Origin: Oligoflexia bacterium
Lineage (GTDB): Bacteria > Bdellovibrionota > UBA1018
Reading direction: 5' to 3'
NCBI GenBank assembly: GCA_963758495.1
Contig: CAVWVI010000003.1
Span: 1,312,001-1,376,000, forward strand
DNA length: 64,000 bases
The notes below the pieces were generated by a model. That model saw only the letters and a list, made by a program, of their open reading frames with translations, searched no databases and was not told the DNA's origin. Of this stretch, positions 26,553 through 36,315 are shown piece after piece. The position numbers and the translations under genes were made by a program. Every line of letters starts with the position of its first letter. The first letter of the stretch is position 1.

Positions 26553-27356
26553 ATGAACAATGGCCTCATTAAATTAAATGGAGATGGCGAAATTCTTTTC
26601 GATTCAGTAGAAAATGAATATCTCAAAATTAAAGATGTACGCCCTTATGTCGCTACAAATAATCCAGCAAATGATAGAGACAAAATAGAACAACAAAAGA
26701 TCTTCCTGAATCACCGAGAATCTTTTCTCAAGCCTAAATCAGCGAATATGCAAGCCGAGACTGTCAAAGTTTTAGGAGGAATAGGGATTGGACTCTATTT
26801 TAAAAATGAAAGTACGCCCTTCAAAAATGAAACTGCAGTATGATTTAGCCTGCTAGCGCCAAAAAAGCGTGGTGGTATTTCAGGTAATTGGCTGTACCTA
26901 ACTTCAACAAATAGTTCAGCCGTAGGCTGCGAAGCCTATGGGGCGTACTATTCAGACAATGACTTTTCATTAAACATTTTTGATTGGGCTGTTGCGAAAA
27001 AACTACAAAGTTCACCAAAAAATAAAGGACTACCTATCCCGGCGAGTCCATTTGTTGTCACGATTCCTTACGAAAATAAATTTTTGAAGGATCATGCCTT
27101 TATTACGAAGGTAGACAATTACGAAATTGAATCATACTTAATTACAAATCTGACCCGAAGAATTGAGGAAAACATCTGGGAAAATCAGGTTCTGTTACGT
27201 AATTTTCAAGAAAAAACTGAAGACTTGATTTGGAAATGGAGTTTTATATGGAACCCTATGGACAGTGAAAAATACCACGACTGGGGTCCGATATTTGAAA
27301 CATTTCAAGATAACTATGGAGATCTTAATCCCTTATTATCGATAGTGAGTGATTGA
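26553..27356 (+). pseudogene. Hypothetical protein interrupted by one in-frame TGA, probably also 3'-truncated
   Basis: ORFs 26553..26843 and 27084..27356 share a frame; the stretch between is open (FSLLAPKKRGG...WLYLTSTN...GCEAY...FDWA). Confidence 0.65.
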
Positions 27357-27742
27357 AGCGATTTAAGATTCTCTGCCAGAGCATTAAACTCTCTCCCCCG
27401 AAGATAAGCACTGTCAATGCTAAGCTCCACTAAAGATTTTGGTAAGTTTGCTACGAGTTTAGGATCGAATTCTGCTCCAATAAGATTAAGCCTTTTTACG
27501 TTTTCAAAAATCCCACCCTTGCCAAAGTAATTATGAAAATCTTGATCCGTCAAATTTGTCCGATGTAGGTCTGCTTTAAAATTCTCATGAGAAGCAATAT
27601 CTCTCGCAATTTCTCTCAGCCTCTTATTTATTTGAGAAATCGTAATAATTTCTGCCGTTGCATTAACATCATCATGCGCTACAATACGCGAATAAATTTC
27701 ATGTAACATGTCGGTAGGAAGACTTTCAAAGTTATCATAGTT
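27314..27742 (-). pseudogene. F-box-like / leucine-rich-repeat protein fragment
   Basis: FESLPTDMLHEIYSRI...ISQINKRLREIA (F-box-like), then VKRLNLI, LPKSLVELSI, LKSLQSLTI; no clear own start, and the 3' end overlaps the convergent gene. Confidence 0.5.
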
Positions 27743-27851
27743 GATTTTATGGAAGCTACAGAAAGTGTGGATACCAAAGCTTGGAGTAGGCGGTTTCTGT
27801 AGAGTCCATTCATTTAAAAAGCTGATGGGTAGTTGAAGAATTCTCTGAATG
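27743..27851. repeat. Direct repeat copy 1 (109 bp, hairpin-forming) flanking the transposase
   Basis: Matches 28703..28812 with 3 substitutions and 1 indel; stem ATGGA-AG-CTACAGAAA / TTTCTGTAG-AG-TCCAT. Confidence 0.9.
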
Positions 27852-28762
27852 GTTTCATTGATTCCATTTTGGCAGAATTTTTGTACTACTCCTCCCTTCA
27901 TATGTGGAAACATTGGGTAGCTCGGGCACTATTTCCGCACGAGCCTTTTGGTGAATTTGAGTCTGCTTGTTGGTTTTGGAAGAAGCTGGGAGAGATTTTT
28001 CCTGAAATGATTTCAGCTGTACTTATGCCGAATCATCTTCATCTCATCTTGCCTCACGAAGTAGCTGCATGCAAAAGCATGGCTGGTCTTCTGGGTGCGA
28101 TGAGCGTTCGCTGTGGCCTGAAAAGCCTGTGGCAACCCCTACCGAATCCAACAGAAATTCCTAATTCCTTACACCTTCGTCGCCAAATTCGCTATCTTGC
28201 GCTTAATCCTTGCCGGAAAAACCTCTGTAGAGATCCACTTGAATGGTATTGGTCTACCTACAGAGAAGTGATGGGAGCTGCTGTTAACTCAATTCAAAGT
28301 GAGGAGAAATTGGCTGGAGTTTTGAATGATTGTCATAAGAATTTTGGAGTCCGATTTCACGGCTATGTGTCTGGAGATCCGTCGGTCAGCGTTACTGGTA
28401 CTCCTTTTCCAAAGCCCGCGTTACCTAAAAATTTTCCAGAAAAATCCATTGGTGAAATTCTGGCCGCTGCGGCAGGTGCTCTCAGGGTGAAGCCTTCTCA
28501 GGTTCGAGAAAGAGGTCAACTTCGTAATCTCTTTGTTCATCTTGCTTATCGACATGGATGGCGCCGTCCAATCTTTCTTGCTCACATTTGCGGTATTACG
28601 CCGGGCGCGGTGCATCAGATATTGTATAAAATTAGCCCAACGGGAATGAAGGCCGCCGATCTTTGCTTAGGGGATCTCAGGCTGCGGGGTGAGAGCGTAA
28701 TGGATTTTATGGAAGCTACAAAAAGTGTGGATACCAAAGCTTGGAGTAGGCGATTTCTGTAG
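27833..28762 (+). mobile_element. RAYT / IS200-like HUH (Y1) transposase with C-terminal HTH-like extension (start possibly 27902)
   Basis: VLMPNHLHLI (HUH) and IRYLALNPCRKNLCRDPLEWYWSTY (Y..NP...W.WS.Y). Confidence 0.75.
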
Positions 28763-28812
28763 AGTCCATCCATTTAAAAAGCTGATGGAGTAGTTGAAGA
28801 ATTCTCTGAATG
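28703..28812. repeat. Direct repeat copy 2 (110 bp), containing the transposase stop codon
   Basis: Matches copy 1 at an offset of 960 bp. Confidence 0.9.
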
Positions 28813-28858
28813 CTTTTACTCCGAACTTCAACGGATGCTAGATTTTCAGCGAAAGCGC

Positions 28859-28889
28859 TGAGTGTATCGGAACCCACTTCCCTCTGAGT
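28859..28889. repeat. 31-nt near-identical copy of pilT internal sequence 29549..29579
   Basis: tgagtgtatcggaacccacttccctctgagt versus tgagtgtgtcggaacccacttccctctgggt (29/31). Confidence 0.85.
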
Positions 28890-29021
28890 TCGGGCCGCAG
28901 CGTGCTGTCTGAAATCCTAGTGAGTGTTTGCAATGAATTAATGAAGTCAATGAATTAAATGAATTCAATGAAGTCATTTCAATCCCTTAAAGTTCGTCGA
29001 CCACGTCACACTAGTTAAAAA

Positions 29022-30122
29022 TTAGCCCTTCTCGTGCCTTAATCCTGCCAAGAGTAACTTTAAGTCATCCGGACTAGTAGACGCCTTAAGCCCCTCAGCA
29101 GTAGAAACGATACCCTGCCTGATCAGTTTTTCAAGGGCTTGATTCCGCGATTGCATTTTATAATAACTCCCAGAGTTCGCGATCGCCTCTGAGATGCGAT
29201 CTAATTCATTACTCATCATATAAGACTCAATAGTCGGAGATTTAATCATGACTTCACAAGCCAATACGCGTCCAGCCCCATCTGCACGCATCAAAAGTTG
29301 CTGAGAAAGCACACCCACTAAATTATTAGCTAACTGCATCCTGACTTGGTTTTTCACGTCACTTGGAAAAACATCAATAATTCGATCAATACTGCTTCTC
29401 GCATCTCTCGTATGCAAAGTAGAGATCACTAAGTGTCCCGTTTCAGCCGCGGTGAGGGCGGCTTGGATCGTTTCTAAATCACGGATTTCCCCTATCATGA
29501 TGATGTCAGGATCCTGCCTGAGTCCCGATATAATAGCATCTTTCATATTGAGTGTGTCGGAACCCACTTCCCTCTGGGTAATCGAAGCCTTCCGATCTCG
29601 ATGCGTAAATTCAATCGGGTCCTCAATTGTCAAAATATGGACTTGCCTATTATTATTAATATATTGAACCATTGCGGCAAGAGTACTGGACTTGCCACTC
29701 CCAGTAGCCCCCGTAATTAAGATTAACCCTTGCGGTCGTAAGCAGATTTCTTTGATGACCTCTGGAACTCCAAGCTCATCTAAATTCGGAATTACAAATG
29801 GAATAAGTCGGATAGCCGCAGAGATTTGATTTTTTTGATAATACACATTACAACGAAATCTCCCGATCTCTTGGATCGCGAATGAAAAATCGATCTGCCG
29901 TTTCATTTCTAATTCCGCAGATTGCTTTTCTGTCAAAATATCTAAAATGATAGACTGAGACGCCGCTTGCGTGAACTCGGGCATTTTCGCAGAAAATAAT
30001 TTCCCATTAATTCGATAAAGAGGAGGACGACCAACTTTGAGATGCAAATCAGAAGCATTGTACTTTACGAGTGCTCTCGCTAAATACTTAATGTCTATTT
30101 TAGCATAATCAACCTGACTCAT
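29022..30122 (-). CDS. pilT: PilT/PilU family type IV pilus retraction ATPase
   Basis: ASDLHL, TGATGSGKSST, TIEDPIE, LRQDPDIIMIGEIRD, AETGHLVISTLH. Confidence 0.9.
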   Translation of the reverse strand: MSQVDYAKIDIKYLARALVKYNASDLHLKVGRPPLYRINGKLFSAKMPEFTQAASQSIILDILTEKQSAELEMKRQIDFSFAIQEIGRFRCNVYYQKNQISAAIRLIPFVIPNLDELGVPEVIKEICLRPQGLILITGATGSGKSSTLAAMVQYINNNRQVHILTIEDPIEFTHRDRKASITQREVGSDTLNMKDAIISGLRQDPDIIMIGEIRDLETIQAALTAAETGHLVISTLHTRDARSSIDRIIDVFPSDVKNQVRMQLANNLVGVLSQQLLMRADGAGRVLACEVMIKSPTIESYMMSNELDRISEAIANSGSYYKMQSRNQALEKLIRQGIVSTAEGLKASTSPDDLKLLLAGLRHEKG

Positions 30123-30784
30123 TTTTCCTCTGACTGTGATGCAGGTTTTGCACGTGGATGGGCCCAAGCAATCATCAATCGTAGCTCAATTGCTTTGGCA
30201 GCCATCTGACAAAGATAAGTCAAAAACTCGACATCCTTTGGACTGAAGTCAGCTTCACCTACTCGATTTAAAAGCTCTAATACGCAGTAAACTCTTCCAC
30301 GAATTAAAATCGGAATAGCGACTAAATTACGAGCCTCAAATCCCACTGCCTTTTCAATTGATTTCAAATGTATTTTATTTTCTGGAATATTAGCGACTAC
30401 TAATGGGCATCGTGATTCTAATACGTGCCCTACAATTCCTTGCCCCATGGGGATCTTAAATTGAGTAACTCGTTCTGAGGCACTTCCAACCACTGCCCGA
30501 AAGAAGACGAATTGATTGCGTTCATCTACTTCGAGAATAGAGCCGGCCTCGGATTTTATGACTCTTATTATAATTAAAAGTACTTCCCGGATGTAATCGT
30601 CATATTTACAATTCTTAGTCGCAAGGTTAAGAAGAGCTTCCACTGCGGCCAATTTTACAATGATGCTGCTATCTATAGAGTCCCCTTCAAAAAGAGGGTC
30701 TATCCCAGAATCGGCGGATAGCTCTAGGAGAGAGGTAGCTTCACTCAGTGAGGGTAAGTCTAGGGTATCTTCTTCATCTGACAA
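30119..30784 (-). CDS. Stand-alone GAF domain protein
   Basis: EAGSILEVDE...IPMGQGIVGHV...RNLVAIPI...VLELLN...FSPKD. Confidence 0.8.
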   Translation of the reverse strand: MSDEEDTLDLPSLSEATSLLELSADSGIDPLFEGDSIDSSIIVKLAAVEALLNLATKNCKYDDYIREVLLIIIRVIKSEAGSILEVDERNQFVFFRAVVGSASERVTQFKIPMGQGIVGHVLESRCPLVVANIPENKIHLKSIEKAVGFEARNLVAIPILIRGRVYCVLELLNRVGEADFSPKDVEFLTYLCQMAAKAIELRLMIAWAHPRAKPASQSEEK

Positions 30785-30831
30785 AGATTGAGACTCCTTG
30801 AAATAGTATCGGCAATATGGGAGAATTACTT

Positions 30832-31290
30832 ATGGCTGTGCGTGCGATTTTTAAATCAGTTTTTGCCAGCTGTCTTGTTGCCATTGCTTTATTTGCCCTA
30901 TGCCTTTTTGCAAGTTGTGGCGGGGTCGGTGTTGGCTTAGGCGGTGGTAGCACATCCGCCTTTAATGACCCCACTCCCTCCGGAACCCCTCTCTACCAGG
31001 GAACTTTTAGTGGGCAAAATGGGCAAACAGTCAGCGGAAATGCTCTTATTTTTCTATCCAATGGGGTCTACACTTTAACCCTTCAAGGATTATCCACTCC
31101 ATCAGAGAGTGGATTACAGATCCGAATGACTAGTAATCCCGCAAATAACCCCATCGCGCTCAGAGGGACTTCTGGAAATCAAAATTATACCTTAAGTATT
31201 ACGCCTCCGGCCTTTTTTTCAAATGTTAACATTTTCTCGACGCAGACGAACACTAACTATGGAGCAGCTATATTGCTCAAGAGTTCATAA
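30832..31290 (+). CDS. Putative lipoprotein (DM13-like)
   Basis: Lipobox-like FASC; QGTFSG...VSGNA, LRGTSGNQNY and NYGAA pattern. Confidence 0.55.
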   Translation: MAVRAIFKSVFASCLVAIALFALCLFASCGGVGVGLGGGSTSAFNDPTPSGTPLYQGTFSGQNGQTVSGNALIFLSNGVYTLTLQGLSTPSESGLQIRMTSNPANNPIALRGTSGNQNYTLSITPPAFFSNVNIFSTQTNTNYGAAILLKSS

Positions 31291-31301
31291 ATAAAAATTT
31301 T

Positions 31302-32030
31302 TTAATAAAATCCTTTACTTCGAAGTACTTCAACAAAATCTCCGAGGTCTTTTTTCAAGTCCGGTGAGAGGTCCAAAAAGCGAATCCCCAATCCTGTTGA
31401 GTCCCCTATAGAAAGGGTAGGAACACCCTTACAGATCAAGCAAAGACTTCTAAAATTGAAAGTCATTTCTACTTTGCTCGCTTCAATCAATGAATCCAAA
31501 AATGTGTTATTCAATGCGTTATTCAGTGTACAAAATAGAAATACACCATCCCTATCAATGCGGCTAACATTTAAAGTAATTTCTTTTTCTCCTGCTTTTA
31601 ATTGGCATTTTAATCCAGGAATGGGCTTAGGAAGTCCCTGAAACCACGCTATCTGTGGATCAAAATAGGATCGTTCCATCTCCAGTTTTAACAAAACCAT
31701 TATCGCTGTTAAAAATATTGAAATAAATACAGTATAAAACCCTAAAAGGGGATAGTGCATTTGAATCGTAAACAAACCACTGACCCCTAACCATAACACT
31801 GAAATACCTAATAACAGTTTGAGTACCCATGCTTTTGCTGAAATCATCCAAATCATAATTGGAATAAAAATCATTCCCGATAGGATCGCCCAATACCCCA
31901 TACTTCGATAGGGCAATTTCCACCACGGCGCTCGAGAGACGATAATGACTTCCAGAACCACTAAAGGAATACAAAGAAGTAACAACGCGACAGCGAACTT
32001 AAGTCGTCTAGGAACTGAAATGACTTTCAT
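31302..32030 (-). CDS. 4-TM membrane protein with PilZ-like C-terminal domain
   Basis: Four TMs, SYFDPQIAWF, then IDRDGVFL...GLGIRF. Confidence 0.55.
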   Translation of the reverse strand: MKVISVPRRLKFAVALLLLCIPLVVLEVIIVSRAPWWKLPYRSMGYWAILSGMIFIPIMIWMISAKAWVLKLLLGISVLWLGVSGLFTIQMHYPLLGFYTVFISIFLTAIMVLLKLEMERSYFDPQIAWFQGLPKPIPGLKCQLKAGEKEITLNVSRIDRDGVFLFCTLNNALNNTFLDSLIEASKVEMTFNFRSLCLICKGVPTLSIGDSTGLGIRFLDLSPDLKKDLGDFVEVLRSKGFY

Positions 32031-32092
32031 GAATATAATTTAACATCAATTAGCCTACATAATTCCAAAAAAGGGCGATAATCTAGAAACTC

Positions 32093-33262
32093 ATGACAGA
32101 ACCCAATTTAAATATCTTAGGCGTAATGACAGGTACTTCTTGCGATGGACTCGATGCAGCTTGTATTGAAATCAATCCAAATGGCTGGACTCCGCTCTGG
32201 TCTGCGTCGCTTCCTTATCCTCCAGCACTTAGGAAATCCGTCCTTGCTTTTCAAGTGCCTGGCTCACTTCATTCGACCCGAAGCTGGCTTGAACTCCATC
32301 GAGACTTAGGAGACTGGTACGGTACTAATTTGAGAAAATTAATCAGGAAACAAAAGCAGGCCCCTGATGTCATTGCAAACCATGGCCAAACAGTGGGGCA
32401 TTTTCCAGAAAAAGCATTTAAAGGAACCACTCTCCAATTAGGAGACGGGGCGCGTATCGCGACCCAAACAGGGCTCACTGTTGTTTCTCGTTTTAGAGAG
32501 GGGGACATGGCTGCAGGTGGCCAAGGAGCACCTTTAGTTCCTCTTTTCCATCAAATGCTGGCCCTGCCACTCAATGAAAATAAACCGGGAATTGCATTTC
32601 ATAATATCGGAGGCATCAGTAATTTGACGTATCTTGGACCACAAGGGAAGATCTTAGCCTTTGATACGGGACCAGGAAATATGTGGATTGATGCAGCAGT
32701 CCAAAAAATCACAAATGGAAAGATGAAATTTGATCGAGAAGGTAAACTTGCATCCCAAGGAAAAGTCGATCTGCCAGCACTCAGGGCGATTTTAGAACAT
32801 CCTTTTTTCTCCAAAACTGCTCCTAAATCTACGGGTCGAGATGATTTTCCAAGCTCCTCCTTTTTTTCTCAGACTCGTGTCAAAGGACTGTCACTGGTCG
32901 CCACGGCAACCGCTGTCACGGTAGAATCAATCGCGCAAGCTTATGAAGTTTCCATTATTCGTAAGCGGCTCCCTTTGAAAACGATCCTGCTCTGTGGAGG
33001 CGGTGCGAAAAACAAGTTTCTATTAGAGCAATTGAAAACTCGACTCCCCCAGGTCACCATTGCCACCCTGAGCGAACGTGGCTTTGATTCACAATTCATT
33101 GAGGCTCAAGCCTTCGCTGTCTTTGGCTTTCTGTCTTTAATGGGGATTCCTTTGGGAGGTGAATGGACAGGCGCTCAGACTTATGCCCCCCCTGGACAGA
33201 TTATTCCTGGTAAAAACTGGACTCCACTGGTCCTGAAGCTTCATCATTTTCTAAAAGACTAG
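32093..33262 (+). CDS. anmK: Anhydro-N-acetylmuramic acid kinase
   Basis: GVMTGTSCDGLD, HGQTV, DMAAGGQGAPLVP, NIGGISN, FDTGPGN, PKSTGRD. Confidence 0.93.
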   Translation: MTEPNLNILGVMTGTSCDGLDAACIEINPNGWTPLWSASLPYPPALRKSVLAFQVPGSLHSTRSWLELHRDLGDWYGTNLRKLIRKQKQAPDVIANHGQTVGHFPEKAFKGTTLQLGDGARIATQTGLTVVSRFREGDMAAGGQGAPLVPLFHQMLALPLNENKPGIAFHNIGGISNLTYLGPQGKILAFDTGPGNMWIDAAVQKITNGKMKFDREGKLASQGKVDLPALRAILEHPFFSKTAPKSTGRDDFPSSSFFSQTRVKGLSLVATATAVTVESIAQAYEVSIIRKRLPLKTILLCGGGAKNKFLLEQLKTRLPQVTIATLSERGFDSQFIEAQAFAVFGFLSLMGIPLGGEWTGAQTYAPPGQIIPGKNWTPLVLKLHHFLKD

Positions 33263-33284
33263 TCTATTTAACCGTGAGTTAAAC

Positions 33285-34310
33285 TTAAATACTCATCCAC
33301 TTTCCACCATAGCCTATGCCTTGCTCAAATGCATGTCGTCCAGGGATCGCTCCATAGAGGACGGCCCGAGGGCCTAGTATTTGGGGTGTCGGTACTGGAT
33401 TGAATTCGCCATCTTGGCTTCCATCCCAATATCCGGGTGCCACCCACTTAAAGTTTCCCTGAGCCCGTGGCGAATGAGACGAACGACGTGAAATCCAAAG
33501 CCGTTCGCTGATTCGTAAATTGAACTCCTGGAATCTTTTCTTCCACTGTAAGGCAAACTGATTAGGGAAATAGTCGCTCTCCAAATGATCCAGGATGGAT
33601 AAATGGGTGCCTAACCATAGAGAAGGTGAACCTATATCAAACCAAGATCCCGAACTAAAAAAAACCCCTGCACGTCTTTCACGAATGGCTGGCTCAAGAA
33701 TGGTGGGCACAAATTCGGCAGGGCCATCCTTGGGAACATGAGAAAGGGCGTCCGGCTCTAAAATAGCCGCTCCTACGAAAAATGGACGACCTTCTGCAAG
33801 AGCACCTATGCCCGTAATCAATCCTGCTTGAGAATCAAAAATAATTTCGCGATAAGAACCGCCGGGTGGCCCTGCTCCAAATACCGCCAATGTTAAATGA
33901 ACCCCCCATCTCGCTCGAAGTTTCTGATGACAATCAGAGAGGGCCTTATAATCTACATCACAAAGCACATCGGAGTTAGCTAAGAAAAATGACTTCCCTC
34001 TAAAATGAGTTAAAGCCTTACGGATTCCACCTGCACTCCCCAGTAGACCCTGAGACTCATCGCTGATCTTCAGTGTGGCTTGCCCAGACTCCAAAGCCAA
34101 CAGTCCGGCACGGGTTCGAGCAGCATCATGATGAATATTGGCCACAATCGTTTGCACCCCAGAACTCAACAATGAATCCAAGGTAAATTGAGCCACGGGT
34201 ATACCGAGCAAAGGTAAGAGTGCTTTCGTAGTAACATCGGTAAAAGGACGCAACCGCGTCCCTAAGCCCGCTGCCATCAACATCGCCTGAGACGTAAATA
34301 CACTTTCCAT
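33285..34310 (-). CDS. murU: MurU-like NDP-sugar nucleotidyltransferase
   Basis: AMLMAAGLGTRLRPFT..TK.LLP; directly downstream of an amgK-like kinase. Confidence 0.7.
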   Translation of the reverse strand: MESVFTSQAMLMAAGLGTRLRPFTDVTTKALLPLLGIPVAQFTLDSLLSSGVQTIVANIHHDAARTRAGLLALESGQATLKISDESQGLLGSAGGIRKALTHFRGKSFFLANSDVLCDVDYKALSDCHQKLRARWGVHLTLAVFGAGPPGGSYREIIFDSQAGLITGIGALAEGRPFFVGAAILEPDALSHVPKDGPAEFVPTILEPAIRERRAGVFFSSGSWFDIGSPSLWLGTHLSILDHLESDYFPNQFALQWKKRFQEFNLRISERLWISRRSSHSPRAQGNFKWVAPGYWDGSQDGEFNPVPTPQILGPRAVLYGAIPGRHAFEQGIGYGGKWMSI

Positions 34311-34319
34311 AGAAATGAC

Positions 34320-35426
34320 TTAGAAATAATAATAATTAAATAAAATTTCTCGAAGTTTGGAATATTGAGGATATTTTAGAAGGGTTTTCCGAATATTTTC
34401 AAACGTATTACCAATGTATTTCAAATAGGTGGGATCCCCCCTACGGGTCATAAATGATGCAAAACTCCCAATTGCCTTGAAATTTCTTTGCACTGACATT
34501 AAGTCAAAAATCATTGTAAAATGAGGCTTGTCTATCGAGATTCCTGCCATTGCCTCATATTTTGCAATGTAGTAATCCTTTAAAATCGTGATTTGAGATT
34601 CTTCCAGTTGATAGTAGCTGTCTTTTAAAAGTGAAGCTAAATCATATTGCGGAGGACCCATTCTTGCGTCTTGAAAATCAATCATCACTAAACGCTCGCC
34701 CCGTTCGTTATCACCTAGATTAGGACCTTTATTTCGATCTTCATCGCACTGCGTTATCATAATATTACGACTGTGAAAGTCCCGATGAGTGAGCACTCGG
34801 GGCTGCTCCGCCAGAAGAGTGCAAATACCACTTAAACCCTCTGTTAAAATTCTATGATCTGGGTCAGTAATCTTGCGTTTTAAATAGCCTTCATAAAAAT
34901 TCTCGATCGTAAAATTCATTTCCCACATTAATTTTTCATGATCAAAATTCAAAGAAAACGCCTGAAGTTCAGACGCGGAGGTCTTCTTGAGTACCTCCTG
35001 GGATACAACTTGAAGCTGCACTAATGAATCAATGGCGCGCTCGTAAAGGTGCCGCTCAATATCTGGGGTACGTACGTCCTGTAATTTTTTAAGAAGTGTA
35101 ACGTCTCCTAAATCTTCCAGAAGAATAAACCCTCTACCTGGATCCACATCAATCACTGCCGGAACATCAACACCGGAAGCCGCTAAGAATTTCTGAACAT
35201 CCAAAAACGAAGTGCTCCCATTGGGTTTGGAAAAGGGTTCCATTCGCATCACAATATGATTCCCCATATCGGATATGACGCGGTAATATCTTCTTGTACT
35301 TGCATCGCCCGGCAGACGGACTACGGAATGAATGGTTCTTGATTTTTTAATCCAACTTGAAATTTCTTCATCACCGAGTATGAGCTGATCCATCATTTGC
35401 AGTAACTCCATTATGATTTCGTTCAC
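34320..35426 (-). CDS. amgK: AmgK-like anomeric MurNAc/GlcNAc kinase (APH family)
   Basis: GDASTRRYYR, LEDLGD, HRDFHSRNIM, IDFQDARMGP..YDLASLL. Confidence 0.8.
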   Translation of the reverse strand: MNEIIMELLQMMDQLILGDEEISSWIKKSRTIHSVVRLPGDASTRRYYRVISDMGNHIVMRMEPFSKPNGSTSFLDVQKFLAASGVDVPAVIDVDPGRGFILLEDLGDVTLLKKLQDVRTPDIERHLYERAIDSLVQLQVVSQEVLKKTSASELQAFSLNFDHEKLMWEMNFTIENFYEGYLKRKITDPDHRILTEGLSGICTLLAEQPRVLTHRDFHSRNIMITQCDEDRNKGPNLGDNERGERLVMIDFQDARMGPPQYDLASLLKDSYYQLEESQITILKDYYIAKYEAMAGISIDKPHFTMIFDLMSVQRNFKAIGSFASFMTRRGDPTYLKYIGNTFENIRKTLLKYPQYSKLREILFNYYYF

Positions 35427-36271
35427 AGGTTTTTTATTCTCTTTCGAATGAGCAAAAACTCCTCAGACCTCACAATGGGATTACGCAAAGGGGCGTAAAT
35501 AGCAATCTCCTGTCGTGTATGGTCTATCAATCTATTAATTGTACCTAATTCATATGGAGAGTAACTTGGATTTTCTTGAAATCGATTATAAAGCGATATA
35601 AGACCCCGTGCATCATAACCAGCTCGGTATAAAAGTCCTACTGCCGTTTGCATGGTTGAAATTTCTGCTTCTTCTGAAAATGAGAAAAGCCCTTTAGGTC
35701 CAAAATAATCTACATTTTTAAATACTTCGCTGTGATCTTCATGTACCTGATCCCGATGTGAGTCGTCCTGCGCTGTCTTTATATTTTTGGAATTTTTAGA
35801 ATTTTGGGCAGCTTTGGAATTTTGGGAGCTTTGGCTGAGTCGTGCTATGAGAGGCTGATTCAACAGATGGCCGAATTGAATAGCCATTTCAGCGGCGATT
35901 TCATTTTCAAACTGAAGCGTCCGAAGTAAACTCACGGACAAATAAATCCTGTTTCCCGGCAGGCTGTAACTCTTCCATTTGGTTTTTTTATCTTGAATGA
36001 GCGAAACGATTGCACGAGATCCCTGTAATCCAGGAGTTCCATCTACTAAAGTTTGCGCGATTTTACGAAGATACCCCAACACTTTCAGATCTCGCTTAAA
36101 CTTCAGCTTGGACTCCATTTTCTGGATGAGCTGCAGCTCCATGACGTGATCTCGTTTCACCATTTCTGCATGAGTAACCTGGTTATGCGGGGGTGCAACA
36201 CTGGCACAGCCAGAAAAAATCAATGAAACAGTCAAAATTCTTGCTGCTAAAAACCAAAGTTTGGATTGCAT
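35423..36271 (-). CDS. M48/BepA-like lipoprotein without HExxH
   Basis: Lipobox FSGC; SLPG.RIYLS, ENEIAAEMAIQFGH, FSEEAE, AGYDARGL. Confidence 0.6.
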   Translation of the reverse strand: MQSKLWFLAARILTVSLIFSGCASVAPPHNQVTHAEMVKRDHVMELQLIQKMESKLKFKRDLKVLGYLRKIAQTLVDGTPGLQGSRAIVSLIQDKKTKWKSYSLPGNRIYLSVSLLRTLQFENEIAAEMAIQFGHLLNQPLIARLSQSSQNSKAAQNSKNSKNIKTAQDDSHRDQVHEDHSEVFKNVDYFGPKGLFSFSEEAEISTMQTAVGLLYRAGYDARGLISLYNRFQENPSYSPYELGTINRLIDHTRQEIAIYAPLRNPIVRSEEFLLIRKRIKNL

Positions 36272-36315
36272 CCAGGGACGATAACCTAGACGAGTCTTTT
36301 GATAATACTAAATTT

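Noticed and set aside
26841..26843. Selenocysteine or alternative genetic code at the in-frame TGA
   Set aside because: TGA is a normal stop for many genes here, the context is not redox-like, and I saw no convincing SECIS. A nonsense mutation is simpler.
27743..28889. CRISPR array interpretation of the repeats and the 31-mer
   Set aside because: Only two repeats, ~110 bp long and 960 bp apart, with a gene between them; no cas genes in the window.
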